From assembly GCA_964442125.1 (NCBI GenBank), contig CAYTWO010000004.1, positions 1 to 57,117 of the forward strand: a stretch of 57,117 nucleotides of DNA. The letters are read 5' to 3'. The position numbers and the translations under genes are program-made. This DNA comes from an uncultured Gemmatimonadota bacterium. Its GTDB lineage: Bacteria > Gemmatimonadota > CAZMKB01 > CAZNLH01. Below, in pieces: positions 35,601 to 47,374 of the stretch (position 1 is the stretch's first letter; each line of letters starts with the position of its first letter). The notes beneath the pieces were generated by a model. That model made no database searches. It was not told the DNA's origin and saw only the letters and a list, made by a program, of their open reading frames with translations.

Positions 35601-35962
35601 TGATGGTGAAGGCTGCTTATCTCAAGACGAAATTGCTCATAGCCAGGGGGGAGCTCGAAGGGGCTGAGGTGGAAATTGCAAAATTGTTCGAACTTCTCCG
35701 GGAGGTTCAAAATATTTTCCTGTCATTACAGGTCCAGACGCTCAGATGGGAAATTTCCAGGGATAGTGACGAGGGAAGAGAGGCCCTGGCAAACGCGGTT
35801 TCAATCGTTCGTGATATCGAGGTGGAACTGGACAGTAAGGAGCTCAAGGACAGTTTCTTGAACAAGGAAGAGATCGTCGATCTTCTCAGTTCGGCAGGGC
35901 CGGGTCGATCCGAGGACAGGGAATCAGTCGAGCTGAAGCGACATCCTAAGCAAGCTCACTAA
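32618..35962 (+). CDS. GGDEF diguanylate cyclase fused to a STAND-type P-loop NTPase (AAA_16-like) and a TPR array
   Basis: 1114 aa from ATG 32618 (ORF open from 32582). The GGDEF domain has the active-site variant RYAGDEF, an I-site RDID five residues upstream, and GHPLGD. Walker A is GELGMGKT and the Walker-B-like region is VMISLENLQWVD. More than 8 TPR-like units are present (for example NLGAVYYILGKIRGSIKAYQESI and NLGEIYQVLGDLEQASKYHKDAF). Confidence 0.85.
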   Translation: MSESHDSSRNINDKDPFCQSSLNIGKLRQLVVKDELTRLYNRRYFRHRLAEEYKRWKRQRRPFSLVMADVDDFKEINDCFGHPLGDRVLIEIAGVLTASVRDIDIVCRYAGDEFVLILPDVGEEGSVAVVERVEENMARFSWRDRLEVPIQKVSLSMGYAVLPDHTDRVDELIEKADKALYYSKKVNKPFCSYSDDVEADLSVRESDQSSMAYPMIGRTREKKDLFKILEQVLGGNGKLILIRGELGMGKTVLLNELEDRAKMLGFVLFKGNCFPETRDIPFHPLFNVVESAIKSKDNAGLTNGLPEAWREEAKKILYTENRESKISNELESGLREELYQDEFRIFEVYSSFLNTISSSSPVMISLENLQWVDPSSIKLLKYIGRQIRSKRVMICGTVREKGFGGVDGMEMSLQNELQSLKEENNLKEIDLYGLKEMEIYALIDKKVEDKKINRAFKDKIFHLSEGNPLFAKEILNYLLREKRDLLEETKSWDLVPLDEIVPPNIWDLFERSFVNLDEEVNSVLSYASVIGNEFDFSILMAISGKNEGHLLDIIDMAVSEGLIKEIDREEGDHYVFTPFLVGRLLYRGLSAGKRRVLHKKVGEVLEIIHAKSLINYYGIISFHFQRAGEYKKAIRYATLAGERAQEVYAQKEAVAFYTSAIEMLEEAFVPYPHDKAATLFGKRGRRLFVLGEYQRYMDDFHSMLTCSREADRKDLEGKAMVYLSGSLLTRGNLEEAREWAEQAVKIGRDLDDKSIMMRALSDLGGVVLHMNRFEDALNYYNESLQLSRDLKDERAITRNLSNIGVYYWFVGEYNEAIEYYNQAMKRLEENGDKHLLALNLNNLGAVYYILGKIRGSIKAYQESIVLSRETKNKGLLAYNYNNLGEIYQVLGDLEQASKYHKDAFKLVREIGERYVECDILRNIGIDLHLEGKTAEGLRYLKNALRLSRKVGKNNFVLVSLFDIGRIWLESGEVNKAEMICEELMQRLEETDSRELMVKAAYLKTKLLIARGELEGAEVEIAKLFELLREVQNIFLSLQVQTLRWEISRDSDEGREALANAVSIVRDIEVELDSKELKDSFLNKEEIVDLLSSAGPGRSEDRESVELKRHPKQAH

Positions 35963-36435
35963 GAAATGGTTTTATCTGAAAGCGCCACTGAGATGAGGGA
36001 AGCAAGCATTTCGAGGAGCTCCTTATCCTTATCGGAAAAGGCTTCAGGCCGATCACTGTCGATATCGATCTCTCCGATGACCTTATCACCGTCTTTGATT
36101 GGAACGACGATCTCTGACCGGGTCGACGGAAAACAGGCTATGTAGCGCTGGTCCTCAGATACATTACCGACTATTTCGGTCCGGCCGGTTTCAGCTGCCA
36201 GACCGCAGATACCATCACCGATCCTGATCCTTGTGTGCTCCGTCTCAAAAGGACCGTCATAGGTCTTCAGTACGAGCATCTCGCCTTCAACGAGATATAT
36301 TCCGATCCAATCGTACCTGGAGTTTAGTTTCCTCAATGCCTGACAGGTGTTTTTCAATTTTTCCATGATAGTACCCGCGTGTGAGAGGATGTCCTGTATC
36401 GTCTCGAGTAAGATCTTGTTTTCCTCAGTCCTCAT
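35959..36435 (-). CDS. GAF-domain protein (free methionine-R-sulfoxide reductase / YebR-like)
   Basis: 158 aa single GAF domain. DWIGIYLVEG..LVL, GDGICGLAAETGRTEIVGNV, YIACFPSTRSEIVVPI and GEIDIDSD motifs. Tail-to-tail 4-nt overlap with the STAND gene. Confidence 0.8.
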   Translation of the reverse strand: MRTEENKILLETIQDILSHAGTIMEKLKNTCQALRKLNSRYDWIGIYLVEGEMLVLKTYDGPFETEHTRIRIGDGICGLAAETGRTEIVGNVSEDQRYIACFPSTRSEIVVPIKDGDKVIGEIDIDSDRPEAFSDKDKELLEMLASLISVALSDKTIS

Positions 36436-36622
36436 TGAGCGTCACCTTCCTTCCGAGTATTCATCATCGATTGTCCTGGAAATGTATTGACTCATTGTCC
36501 GGAAATAGAAGCATATGATTTGGGTCGTCATCATCCGGTTCTGAGATATGATCCGAACAATGGATCCTTATCTCCTTGAGACCTTTAATAATAGAGCCTT
36601 TGAACGTGAAAAATCCAGTAAC

Positions 36623-36651
36623 TTGATCTTTTCCATTCTTTCCACTATACT
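36623..36651 (+). promoter_or_regulatory. Sigma-70-like promoter candidate for fcl operon
   Basis: TTGATC (36623-36628), 17-nt spacer, TATACT (36646-36651), about 150 nt upstream of the fcl ATG. Confidence 0.4.
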
Positions 36652-36801
36652 CCGGGGAGTGTTATGGCCTGGCTGTTTATTTCTTTCTCCTGGAGTCTCT
36701 CTTCCAGGCGGCGATTCTTATAAGTTTCTTGCGGGCAACCGCGCAAGGGCTTAAACTTTATATCTTCCTTTGTGTAATTGATGGGGCTACAAGAGGAATA
36801 G

Positions 36802-39158
<2,357 letters not shown>

Positions 39159-39180
39159 ACAGAAGGAGGAATTCAAAAGG

Positions 39181-41139
39181 ATGAAATCGGATAAAGAAAA
39201 GAAGGTCATGTCAGACCTCCTGATAGAGAAACGACAATTCCCGCCGCCGGATGAATTCAGGCGAGATGCCGTAATAAATGATGAGGGGATCTATGAAGAG
39301 GCATTGAGAGACAGGGAGGCTTTCTGGGCATCTTTTGCAAGTGAGCTTCACTGGTTCAGACCATGGGATAAAGTGCTGGATTGGGATCCTCCACATGCCA
39401 GGTGGTTTGTTGGGGGGAAGCTCAACGTCAGTTACAATTGCCTGGACAGACAGATTGAAAAGGGGAATAAGGATAAAGCAGCTTTTTTCTGGGAGGGTGA
39501 ACCAGGCGACACGCGTACCATGACGTACGGGGAACTCCACACAGAGGTCAGTAAGTTCGCTAATGTTCTGAAAGAACTCGGCGTGGAAAAGGGTGACAGG
39601 ATCGCTATCTACATGCCGATGATCCTCGAGCTCCCGGTGGCCATGCTGGCATGCGCTCGAATCGGCGCTATACACTCGATTGTCTTCGGTGGGTTCAGCC
39701 CCGAGTCACTGAAAGGCCGGATTCTCGATGCGGAAGCCAGGGTCTTGATTACCGCGGATGGAGGGTACCGAAGGGGTCATTTTCTTCCTCTAAAGGAGAA
39801 CGCCGATGCCGCCATTGTGGAGACACCCACAATAGAGCATGTCGTCGTGGTGAAGAGGGGAGATGTCCCCGTTGAGATCGTCGATGGACGGGACCACTGG
39901 TATCACGACCTGATGCAAGAGGCGGATCCTGTATGCCAGGCTGAGGAGATGGATTCCGAGGATATGCTCTATATTCTCTATACCTCAGGGACAACGGGTA
40001 AACCGAAGGGGATCATCCATACTACAGGTGGCTACTTGACCGGTGTATATGCCACGACACGCTGGGTCTTCGACCTGAAAGACGACGATATCTACTGGTG
40101 CACAGCAGATATCGGCTGGGTAACAGGCCACAGCTACATCGTGTACGGACCGCTTGCCGCCGGCGCCACTGGGGTCATGTACGAGGGTGCCCCCGATTGG
40201 CCTGAGAAAGATCGGTTCTGGGAGATCGTGGAGAAGTACCGGGTCACTATTTATTACACGGCTCCGACGGCGATCCGGGCGTTCATCAAATGGGGGACCG
40301 AATGGGTTGAGAGGCATGATCTATCCTCGCTCAGGCTCCTTGGCACGGTAGGTGAACCGATCAATCCCGAGGCGTGGATGTGGTATTACGAAAACATAGG
40401 GAAGAAGAGATGCCCTGTCGTTGACACGTGGTGGCAAACCGAAACGGGTATGATACTGATTACACCGCTGCCCGGGATCACCTCTCTCAAGCCTGGTTCT
40501 GCCACCAGGGCATTCCCCGGGATCGAGGCCGATATCCTCGACGAAGCTGGAGATCCGGTGACGGACGGTGGGGGCTATCTTGCCATAAAGTCGCCGTGGC
40601 CCGCCATGTTGAGGGGTATCTATGGTGATCCCGAGAGATACATCCAGCAGTACTGGACGAAGTGGGACAGGTCAACCTATTTCCCGGGTGATGGCGCAAA
40701 GCATGACGAGGAAGGATATTACTTTCTCCTCGGACGAGTCGATGATGTTATGAACGTGGCGGGTCACAGGATCAGCACGATGGAGGTCGAAAGTGCCCTC
40801 GTGGATCACGATGCCGTGGCTGAGGCTGCGGTTGTCGGTATATATCATGAGATCAAGGGACAGGCGATAGCTGCATTCGTAACCCTGAGGGAAGGAGAGG
40901 GTGGAGAGGGGTTAGGGGAGTCTGAACTGAAGGAACATGTCAAGAGGAAGATAGGAGCTGTCGCCAGGCCGGAGAAAGTGATCTTTACAGCGGACCTGCC
41001 CAAGACACGAAGTGGAAAGATAATGCGCCGGTTGTTACGGGATATCGCAGAAGGGAAAGTAATGGGGGATACGACGACTCTTGCCGATCCAACCGTTGTG
41101 GAAGACCTGAAGCAACAATATGAGGGTAAAGAGGGGTAA
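39181..41139 (+). CDS. acs: Acetyl-CoA synthetase (AMP-forming)
   Basis: 652 aa. [31 protein letters not shown] and [11 protein letters not shown]. The alternative ATG at 39208 is also plausible. Confidence 0.94.
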   Translation: MKSDKEKKVMSDLLIEKRQFPPPDEFRRDAVINDEGIYEEALRDREAFWASFASELHWFRPWDKVLDWDPPHARWFVGGKLNVSYNCLDRQIEKGNKDKAAFFWEGEPGDTRTMTYGELHTEVSKFANVLKELGVEKGDRIAIYMPMILELPVAMLACARIGAIHSIVFGGFSPESLKGRILDAEARVLITADGGYRRGHFLPLKENADAAIVETPTIEHVVVVKRGDVPVEIVDGRDHWYHDLMQEADPVCQAEEMDSEDMLYILYTSGTTGKPKGIIHTTGGYLTGVYATTRWVFDLKDDDIYWCTADIGWVTGHSYIVYGPLAAGATGVMYEGAPDWPEKDRFWEIVEKYRVTIYYTAPTAIRAFIKWGTEWVERHDLSSLRLLGTVGEPINPEAWMWYYENIGKKRCPVVDTWWQTETGMILITPLPGITSLKPGSATRAFPGIEADILDEAGDPVTDGGGYLAIKSPWPAMLRGIYGDPERYIQQYWTKWDRSTYFPGDGAKHDEEGYYFLLGRVDDVMNVAGHRISTMEVESALVDHDAVAEAAVVGIYHEIKGQAIAAFVTLREGEGGEGLGESELKEHVKRKIGAVARPEKVIFTADLPKTRSGKIMRRLLRDIAEGKVMGDTTTLADPTVVEDLKQQYEGKEG

Positions 41140-41160
41140 ACGGTTTTACGTGAGATCAGC

Positions 41161-41188
41161 TTGACTTTACCTTTTGATCTTCTATTAT
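41161..41188 (+). promoter_or_regulatory. Sigma-70-like promoter candidate for the 2-oxoacid dehydrogenase operon
   Basis: TTGACT (41161-41166), 16-nt spacer, TATTAT (41183-41188), about 100 nt upstream of ATG 41287. Confidence 0.4.
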
Positions 41189-41286
41189 TCTTCTGGATAT
41201 CAGTGAAATAGAGAGCGATACAGCGGGCATTGTCTTGCCCGGTTTTAGTAACTCTGGGAGCAATAACGTGACAGGGAAAGTCAGGA

Positions 41287-42369
41287 ATGGCACAAAACGG
41301 AAAATCACCTGAAACCGAACTCTTCAGGATACTGGATCCGGAAGGGCACCTGGTTTGTGAGGAGGTCCCCGAACTCGACGAGACGGACCTCCTTTCTATA
41401 TATCGATGGATGCTCCTTTCGAGGAGATGTGACGAGCGTTGTCTGAGGCTCCAGCGTCAGGGTCGCATGGGAACGTATGCCCCGTTAAGCGGTCAGGAGG
41501 CTGCTCAGGTTGGAAGTGCATTTGCTCTGAGATCCCAGGACTGGCTTTTCCCCAGCTACAGGGAGCATGCCGCGTCGATGGTTCATGGGCTGCCGTTGCA
41601 CCTCATGCTTATGCTGTGGCAGGGGAACGAAGAGGGGAGTCGGATACCCGACGATGTCAACATCTTCACCTATTCGGTGCCAATAGCTACTCAGATACCT
41701 CACGCCGTCGGCTTTTCGATGGCGGCGAAATTGAGAGGTGCCGACCTTGTCAGTATCGTCTACTTCGGAGACGGAGGCACATCGGAAGGGGACTTTCACG
41801 AGGGACTCAACTTCGCCGGTGTGTTCAATGCGGCAACGATATTTTTCTGCAGCAATAATCATTATGCTATTTCTTTTCCCTGGTACAAACAGACGGCCTC
41901 TGATACGATTTCCCAAAAGGCTTCTGCTTACGGTTTCGAGGGAATCCGGGTCGACGGGATGGATGTGCTGGCCGTCTACGCGGTGACGAAGAAAGCGATC
42001 GAAAAGGCCGCATCGGGAGGTGGCCCGACACTTATTGAGGCCGTGACGTACCGATTTGGCCCACACACCACGGCCGATGATCCGGCGCGGTATCGTAAGG
42101 AAGAGGAACTGGAGCAGTGGAAGGCAAAAGATCCGTTGATAAGGATGCGAGCGTTTCTGGAGGAAAAAGGAATCTGGGAGGAGGATGTGGAGGAAAGGCT
42201 CGAGGCGGATATCAAGGGAGAGATCGCTCAGGCTGTGGAGCTCGCTGAGAATTCTCATGACAGGGATCCAGATGAGATTTTTAAACATCTGTACGCGGAG
42301 ATGACCCCCCGCCTCAAGGAGCAGCTCCATCAATTGAAGGGGGAAGGGGGGAAGGGTGGCAATGGCTAA
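41287..42369 (+). CDS. 2-oxoacid dehydrogenase E1 component alpha subunit (pyruvate/branched-chain type)
   Basis: 360 aa. ThDP motif YFGDGGTSEGDFHEGLNFA...NN and a heterotetrameric E1 alpha layout. Confidence 0.9.
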   Translation: MAQNGKSPETELFRILDPEGHLVCEEVPELDETDLLSIYRWMLLSRRCDERCLRLQRQGRMGTYAPLSGQEAAQVGSAFALRSQDWLFPSYREHAASMVHGLPLHLMLMLWQGNEEGSRIPDDVNIFTYSVPIATQIPHAVGFSMAAKLRGADLVSIVYFGDGGTSEGDFHEGLNFAGVFNAATIFFCSNNHYAISFPWYKQTASDTISQKASAYGFEGIRVDGMDVLAVYAVTKKAIEKAASGGGPTLIEAVTYRFGPHTTADDPARYRKEEELEQWKAKDPLIRMRAFLEEKGIWEEDVEERLEADIKGEIAQAVELAENSHDRDPDEIFKHLYAEMTPRLKEQLHQLKGEGGKGGNG

Positions 42370-43339
42370 ACTCAATATGGTTCAGGCGATCAACAGGGCT
42401 CTGCTGGAAGAGATGGGGAACGATGACTTGATAGTCGTCATGGGTGAAGATGTGGGAGTCAACGGCGGGGTATTCAGGGTGACAGAGGGGCTCTACGACA
42501 AATTTGGAGTCGACAGGGTGATCGACACGCCGCTTGCGGAATCAGGGATCGTTGGTACGGCTATCGGCATGGCGGCATACGGTATGAAACCTGTTGCCGA
42601 AATCCAGTTTATGGGCTTCCTTCCACCCGCACTCGATCAGATCATCAGCCATGCTTCTCGTCTCCGGAACAGGAGCAGGGGTAGATTTCAGGTCCCGATG
42701 GTCATCAGGATTCCTTTCGGTGGAGGCATTCACGCGCCAGAACATCATTCTGAAAGCCTGGAAACCCTTCTGGTCCACATCCCGGGGATCAAGGTTATCG
42801 TCCCATCCAGCCCTCATGATGCCAAGGGGCTCATAGTCTCCGCTATCCGAGACCCTGATCCGGTTGTTTTCCTCGAACCGAAGAAAATTTACAGGGCATT
42901 CAGGGAGGAAGTCCCCGAGGAGAGTTATACGGTTCCAATCGGTAAAGCCAGAGTCTGGCGGGATGGAAAGGACCTGACGATAATATCGTGGGGTACCATG
43001 GTCCGACTCGCATTAGAGGCCGCGGAGGCCGCGGCGGAATCAGGGTACGATTGTGGTGTTATCGACTTGAGGACTTTGTCTCCATTCGATGAAGAGACTA
43101 TCGTTGATAAGATAGGTAAAACAGGCAGGGCTGTCATCCTTCACGAAGCACCGAGGACCTGTTCCCTTGGTGCGGAAATTGTATCCCTGATCCAGGAAAG
43201 GGTGTTTTATTATCTTGAAGCACCGGTCGAGAGAGTGGCGGGATTCGATATACCAATGCCGCTCTTCAAGATGGAGGGGCTGTATATGCCTCATGTCGAT
43301 CGGGTGTTGGCGGCGATCAATAAAGTTATGACATCGTGA
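42356..43339 (+). CDS. 2-oxoacid dehydrogenase E1 component beta subunit
   Basis: 327 aa. VMGEDVG..GGVFRVT, DTPLAESGIVGTAIGMA and the transketolase C-terminal-like region. Confidence 0.92.
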   Translation: MAMAKLNMVQAINRALLEEMGNDDLIVVMGEDVGVNGGVFRVTEGLYDKFGVDRVIDTPLAESGIVGTAIGMAAYGMKPVAEIQFMGFLPPALDQIISHASRLRNRSRGRFQVPMVIRIPFGGGIHAPEHHSESLETLLVHIPGIKVIVPSSPHDAKGLIVSAIRDPDPVVFLEPKKIYRAFREEVPEESYTVPIGKARVWRDGKDLTIISWGTMVRLALEAAEAAAESGYDCGVIDLRTLSPFDEETIVDKIGKTGRAVILHEAPRTCSLGAEIVSLIQERVFYYLEAPVERVAGFDIPMPLFKMEGLYMPHVDRVLAAINKVMTS

Positions 43340-43363
43340 TGAAAACGAGAGGAAATATTTCAA

Positions 43364-44572
43364 TTGGCTTATGAGTTTAAATTCCCCGATGTGGGAGAAG
43401 GGATTACAGAGGGTGAGGTAGTGAAGTGGCATGTCGAGGAAGGGCAGCTGGTAGAGGAAGATCAGGTTCTTCTCGAAGTCGAAACCGATAAGGCAGTCGT
43501 TGAGATACCCTCTCCAGTCAGTGGTGTTATTCAGAAAAGGCTGGTGAAAGAGGGAGAAGTGATAAACGTGGGAGATGTCATGGTGGTCATAGGGGATACC
43601 GGGGAAGAGCCAGGCCGGGTCTCATCGAAGCCTGAAAAGAAGCCTGAACCGGAATCAAGGGAATTCAAAGTACCTGGACCAGCACTTGCTATTGCGGCTG
43701 CTCCCGCAACCCGTCGCCTTGCAAGGGAGATGGGAGTTGATCTGGGAGCTGTGAGAGGAACTGGACCGGGAGGAAGGATCACGCCAGAGGACGTCAAGCT
43801 GGCTTCTCAGGGTGGAGAGCCTGGTGTGAAAAAGGCGGCTGTCGATCTGGAGGAAGTTGGTGCAGATGGTCTCGAGGAGAGGGTAAAGATGCGGGGAGTC
43901 AGGAAGCGGGTCTCGGAAGCGATGGTCACCTCCGTCCGGAAGATCCCCCACGTGACCCATGTCGATGAGGTGGAAGTGACCCATCTGATTCGCCTCCGTC
44001 GAGACATCATGAAACGATGGGAGGAGGAACGATCGAAACTTTCGTTTCTACCCTTCATAGTCAAGGCAGTAGCCCTGACTCTCAAGGATTTTCCAGCAAT
44101 GAACGCATCTGTGGACGATGCGACAGAGGAAATCGTATACAAGAAGTATTACAATATTGGAATGGCGACAGCAACGCCGGATGGTCTGATCGTCCCGGTC
44201 ATCAAAAACGCCGACAGGTTGAGTATTCTCGAGCTCTCTGATGAGATCGATCGCCTTGCCGAGGCGACTCGAGCGCGAAAGGTTCCACTGGATGACCTTC
44301 ATGGTGCTACGTTTTCCATTACGAATTACGGTTCCATAGGCGGTCTCTTCGGAACACCGATCATACATTATCCTGAAACCGCAATTCTCGGGATCGGCAG
44401 CTTTTTCAAGAAGGTTATCCTTGTCGATGGCCAAGCGGTGGAGAGAGACTTTGCCTACTTTTCGCTCTCCTTTGACCACAGGGTTGCAGATGGGGCTGAT
44501 TCAGCAGAATTTGTGAACGTTCTGAAAAAATATTTTGAGACACCGGAAACTTATTTCATGGAGCTGATTTAA
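43364..44572 (+). CDS. Dihydrolipoamide acyltransferase (E2)
   Basis: TTG start. Lipoyl domain (FKFPDVGEGITEGEVVKW...LLEVETDKAVVEIPSP), E3-binding domain (ATRRLAREMGVDLGAVRGTGPGGRIT) and catalytic domain with DHRVADG. Confidence 0.92.
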   Translation: MAYEFKFPDVGEGITEGEVVKWHVEEGQLVEEDQVLLEVETDKAVVEIPSPVSGVIQKRLVKEGEVINVGDVMVVIGDTGEEPGRVSSKPEKKPEPESREFKVPGPALAIAAAPATRRLAREMGVDLGAVRGTGPGGRITPEDVKLASQGGEPGVKKAAVDLEEVGADGLEERVKMRGVRKRVSEAMVTSVRKIPHVTHVDEVEVTHLIRLRRDIMKRWEEERSKLSFLPFIVKAVALTLKDFPAMNASVDDATEEIVYKKYYNIGMATATPDGLIVPVIKNADRLSILELSDEIDRLAEATRARKVPLDDLHGATFSITNYGSIGGLFGTPIIHYPETAILGIGSFFKKVILVDGQAVERDFAYFSLSFDHRVADGADSAEFVNVLKKYFETPETYFMELI

Positions 44573-44573
44573 A

Positions 44574-45992
44574 ATGGTCGTTGGAGAAATCGCAACGGGC
44601 GTTGAGGTAATCGTAGTCGGATCGGGTCCGGGCGGATACGTTGCGGCTATCCGGGCTGCCCAGCTCGGGAAGGATGTAATCCTTGTGGAACGTTCAGACA
44701 CCCTGGGCGGGATCTGCCTTAACCACGGATGTATTCCGTCCAAGGCACTCATCCATGCTGCCGAGCTCTACCATACCTTGAAGAGTGGTAAGGGAATGGG
44801 GATCATCGCAGAAGATCTTTCCGTCGATTTGAAAGAGATGATGCGTTGGAAGGATGGTGTGGTTGCCAGATTGACGGATGGTATTTCGAAGTTATGCAAG
44901 GGAAACGGCGTTAATGTGGTCCACGGAGAGCTGATGTTTACCTCGGAGAATACGGCACGGGTTGATCATGGTGATGGGGTCGAAAATATCGAATTCGAAA
45001 ATGCAATCATTGCAACGGGATCCAGTCCCATACAGTTACCGGATCTGGAGACAGACGGGGAAGTTATCCTGACCTCCAGAGAAGCGCTGGCGCTGCGGGA
45101 TATCCCCTCTCGAGTCCTGGTCGTGGGTGGGGGATACATAGGGCTCGAGCTGGGAACGTTTTACGCCAAGCTTGGGGCGATGGTCGTTATAGTGGAGATG
45201 CTGGACAGCCTGTTGCCCGGCGTTGACAAAGACCTGGTGAGGATGGTGAGCCGTCAGCTCAAGGTGCTCGGAGTAGACAGTCGGCTGTCTACACAGGTCA
45301 AATCCATTGAAAAAGGAGAGGGGGGTGTTGAAGTAGTGGTGGTGAAAGGGGAAGAGATCGAACGGATCCAGACGGATAAAGTCCTCGTTGCGGTAGGGAG
45401 GCGACCGAACACCGAGGGATGCGGCCTGGAGAAAGCGGGTATCAAACTGGATGAACAGGGATATATCAAAATCGATGAACGCTGCAGGACCAATATTCCG
45501 CATATTTTCGCGATCGGTGATGTAGCAGGAGAACCAATGCTTGCCCATAAAGCCTCGCGCGAGGGGATAGTAGCCGCAGAGGTTATTGGTGGGCTCAATA
45601 GCGCCAGGGATTGGCAGTCAATGCCGGCCGTTATCTTTTCAGATCCCGAGATAGCCACTGTCGGTCTCTCAGAGGAGGAGGCCGAGGCACAAGGATATGA
45701 GGTAACGGTGGGCAGGTTCCCCTTTTCTGCCTCGGGCAGGGCGTTGGCCATGGACAGGGCAGAGGGCTTTGTAAAGGTAGTAGCCGATCGATCGACAGGA
45801 CGTATTCTCGGAGTCAGAATAGTGGGACCGGAATCTTCGACCATGATCAGTGAAGGAGCCCTTGCGGTGGAGCTGGCGGCTACACTCGAAGATCTTGCGT
45901 TGACCATTCATCCTCACCCGACCCTCCCGGAATCTCTGATGGAAGCGGCCGAGGCGGCTGAAAAGAAGGCTATCCATATCCTCAACAGGTAA
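44574..45992 (+). CDS. lpdA: Dihydrolipoyl dehydrogenase (E3)
   Basis: 472 aa. FAD motif VVGSGPGGYVAA, redox disulfide GGICLNHGCIPSK, NAD motif VVGGGYIGLE and C-terminal HPHPTLPE. Confidence 0.94.
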   Translation: MVVGEIATGVEVIVVGSGPGGYVAAIRAAQLGKDVILVERSDTLGGICLNHGCIPSKALIHAAELYHTLKSGKGMGIIAEDLSVDLKEMMRWKDGVVARLTDGISKLCKGNGVNVVHGELMFTSENTARVDHGDGVENIEFENAIIATGSSPIQLPDLETDGEVILTSREALALRDIPSRVLVVGGGYIGLELGTFYAKLGAMVVIVEMLDSLLPGVDKDLVRMVSRQLKVLGVDSRLSTQVKSIEKGEGGVEVVVVKGEEIERIQTDKVLVAVGRRPNTEGCGLEKAGIKLDEQGYIKIDERCRTNIPHIFAIGDVAGEPMLAHKASREGIVAAEVIGGLNSARDWQSMPAVIFSDPEIATVGLSEEEAEAQGYEVTVGRFPFSASGRALAMDRAEGFVKVVADRSTGRILGVRIVGPESSTMISEGALAVELAATLEDLALTIHPHPTLPESLMEAAEAAEKKAIHILNR

Positions 45993-46121
45993 AATCGGAA
46001 GAGCTTTCTAGTGTCCCGTCCCGGAACACCAGATCTGTGTGCTTTGTTATCCAACGGCGATCTCCAGTTCGCTGCGGGGGAGATTGATACGGTTGCTCAT
46101 TACGGTTGAAAGGAACATCTG

Positions 46122-46457
46122 ATGGAAGAAGACAGAGAAGATATCAGGGGGATTATCCTGAAATCAGAAGAATTGGTCTCATACCAGGAAGGAGCCATAG
46201 TAAGCAGGACTATCGTTCAGAAAAAGACTGGGACGATAACACTGTTTGCATTCGGAGAGGGCCAAAGCCTGAGTGAGCATACGGCGCCTTTTGACGCGCT
46301 TATTTCCATTCTCGATGGCGAAGCCGCGATAACCATCGGTGAGAAGGAACATCACCTTTCAAGTGGAGATATGATAATCCTTCCGGCGGATGTCCCTCAT
46401 GCTGTCCTGGCGAAAAGGCAGTTTCGCATGCTCCTTGCGATGATACGATCGGAGTAA
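46122..46457 (+). CDS. Cupin-domain protein
   Basis: 111 aa. Single cupin barrel pattern (GEGQSLSEHTAPFDALISILDGEAAITIGEKEHHLSSGDMIILPADVPHAV). Confidence 0.7.
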   Translation: MEEDREDIRGIILKSEELVSYQEGAIVSRTIVQKKTGTITLFAFGEGQSLSEHTAPFDALISILDGEAAITIGEKEHHLSSGDMIILPADVPHAVLAKRQFRMLLAMIRSE

Positions 46458-46459
46458 GC

Positions 46460-46546
46460 TGGTGCCGAAGGGGGGATTCGAACCCCCACGGGCTGCTGCC
46501 CACTGCGCCCTGAACGCAGCGCGTCTACCAATTCCACCACTTCGGC
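46460..46546 (-). tRNA. tRNA-Leu (anticodon CAG), CCA encoded
   Basis: The reverse complement reads GCCGAAGTGGTGGAATTGGTAGACGCGCTGCGTTCAGGGCGCAGTGGGCAGCAGCCCGTGGGGGTTCGAATCCCCCCTTCGGCACCA. It has a 7-bp acceptor stem, a long variable arm and the anticodon loop TTCAGGG. Confidence 0.9.
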
Positions 46547-46890
46547 ACCTGTAGAATGGCAGTTATCAACGACTATTTCCTGTCAAACACTAAAGAGAGA
46601 TTCGGGTTGTGTCAAGAGGGATGGATTCTGGAGTTTCCCCAATTTCTCTGCTTGACCCACACCGAGTTATGACCTTGAGTGAGTGTAAAGCCTTTCCGTG
46701 GCACGCCAGCAAGTATGACCTCCCTCTCCGTCATTCCCGCAAAAAGAAACCACTGCCTTGGCCATATCAACTGTCGATGCTTCTACTGCCTTGTTGTATG
46801 TCCTGATTGCGCTTGCCTTTTTACAGTAGGCCCCTTAAGTTTATTGGCAGCCCGTTGAGGTTCGATCGGCGCCTGGCGAGATCTTGTGAA

Positions 46891-47343
46891 ATGGCTGTTA
46901 AACTTGTGTGTCAGAACAAAAAAGCTCGATACCAGTACCATATCGAGGAGAAGTTGGAGGCCGGCATAGTTCTCAAAGGAAGCGAAGTCAAGGCTCTCCG
47001 AGAAGGGAAAGCTAACCTGGTCGATAGCTATGCCCGTGTTGAAAATGGTGAGGTATTCCTCCACCACATGCACATCGGACAATATCGTGCGGCTCACCAG
47101 TTCAACCATGACTCACGTAGAGTCAGGAAACTCCTCCTTCACAAACAAGAGATCAGGCGTCTCATTGGAAAAGTTGAAGAGAAAGGCCTGACATTGGTTC
47201 CTCTGAAGGTCTATTTCGACAGCGGTCTGGTGAAGGTCGAGCTGGCCCTTGCGCGCGGTAAGAGGCTTCATGACAAACGGGAGGACTTGAGAAAGAAAGC
47301 TGCAAATAGAGAGATAGAGCGCGCTCTCAAAAATAGGCGATAG
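46891..47343 (+). CDS. smpB: SsrA-binding protein SmpB
   Basis: Starts at ATG 46891 (MAVKLVCQNKKARYQYHIEEKLEAGIVLKGSEVK). Also has the YxxH and RKLLLHKQEI motifs. The upstream in-frame extension from 46807 is not conserved-looking. Confidence 0.93.
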   Translation: MAVKLVCQNKKARYQYHIEEKLEAGIVLKGSEVKALREGKANLVDSYARVENGEVFLHHMHIGQYRAAHQFNHDSRRVRKLLLHKQEIRRLIGKVEEKGLTLVPLKVYFDSGLVKVELALARGKRLHDKREDLRKKAANREIERALKNRR

Positions 47344-47374
47344 GGTTGCTCACACGGGGGACGAATTGGATTCG

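Noticed and set aside
41485-42375. A 296-aa antisense ORF covers the E1-alpha gene. Similar long antisense ORFs occur at 9913-10476, 20343-20903, 21892-22524, 23143-23751, 45254-45907 and elsewhere.
   Set aside because: Each is fully overlapped by a sense gene with unambiguous conserved motifs. The antisense translations are low-complexity (Arg/Ser/Pro-rich) with no recognisable domains.
46549-46890. tmRNA (ssrA) could lie in the 340-bp spacer next to smpB.
   Set aside because: There is no tRNA-like acceptor/T-arm pair, because GGTTCGATC at about 46859 has no complementary stem. There is no tag-peptide reading frame ending in a typical ...AA stop context, and no GGGG 5' end.
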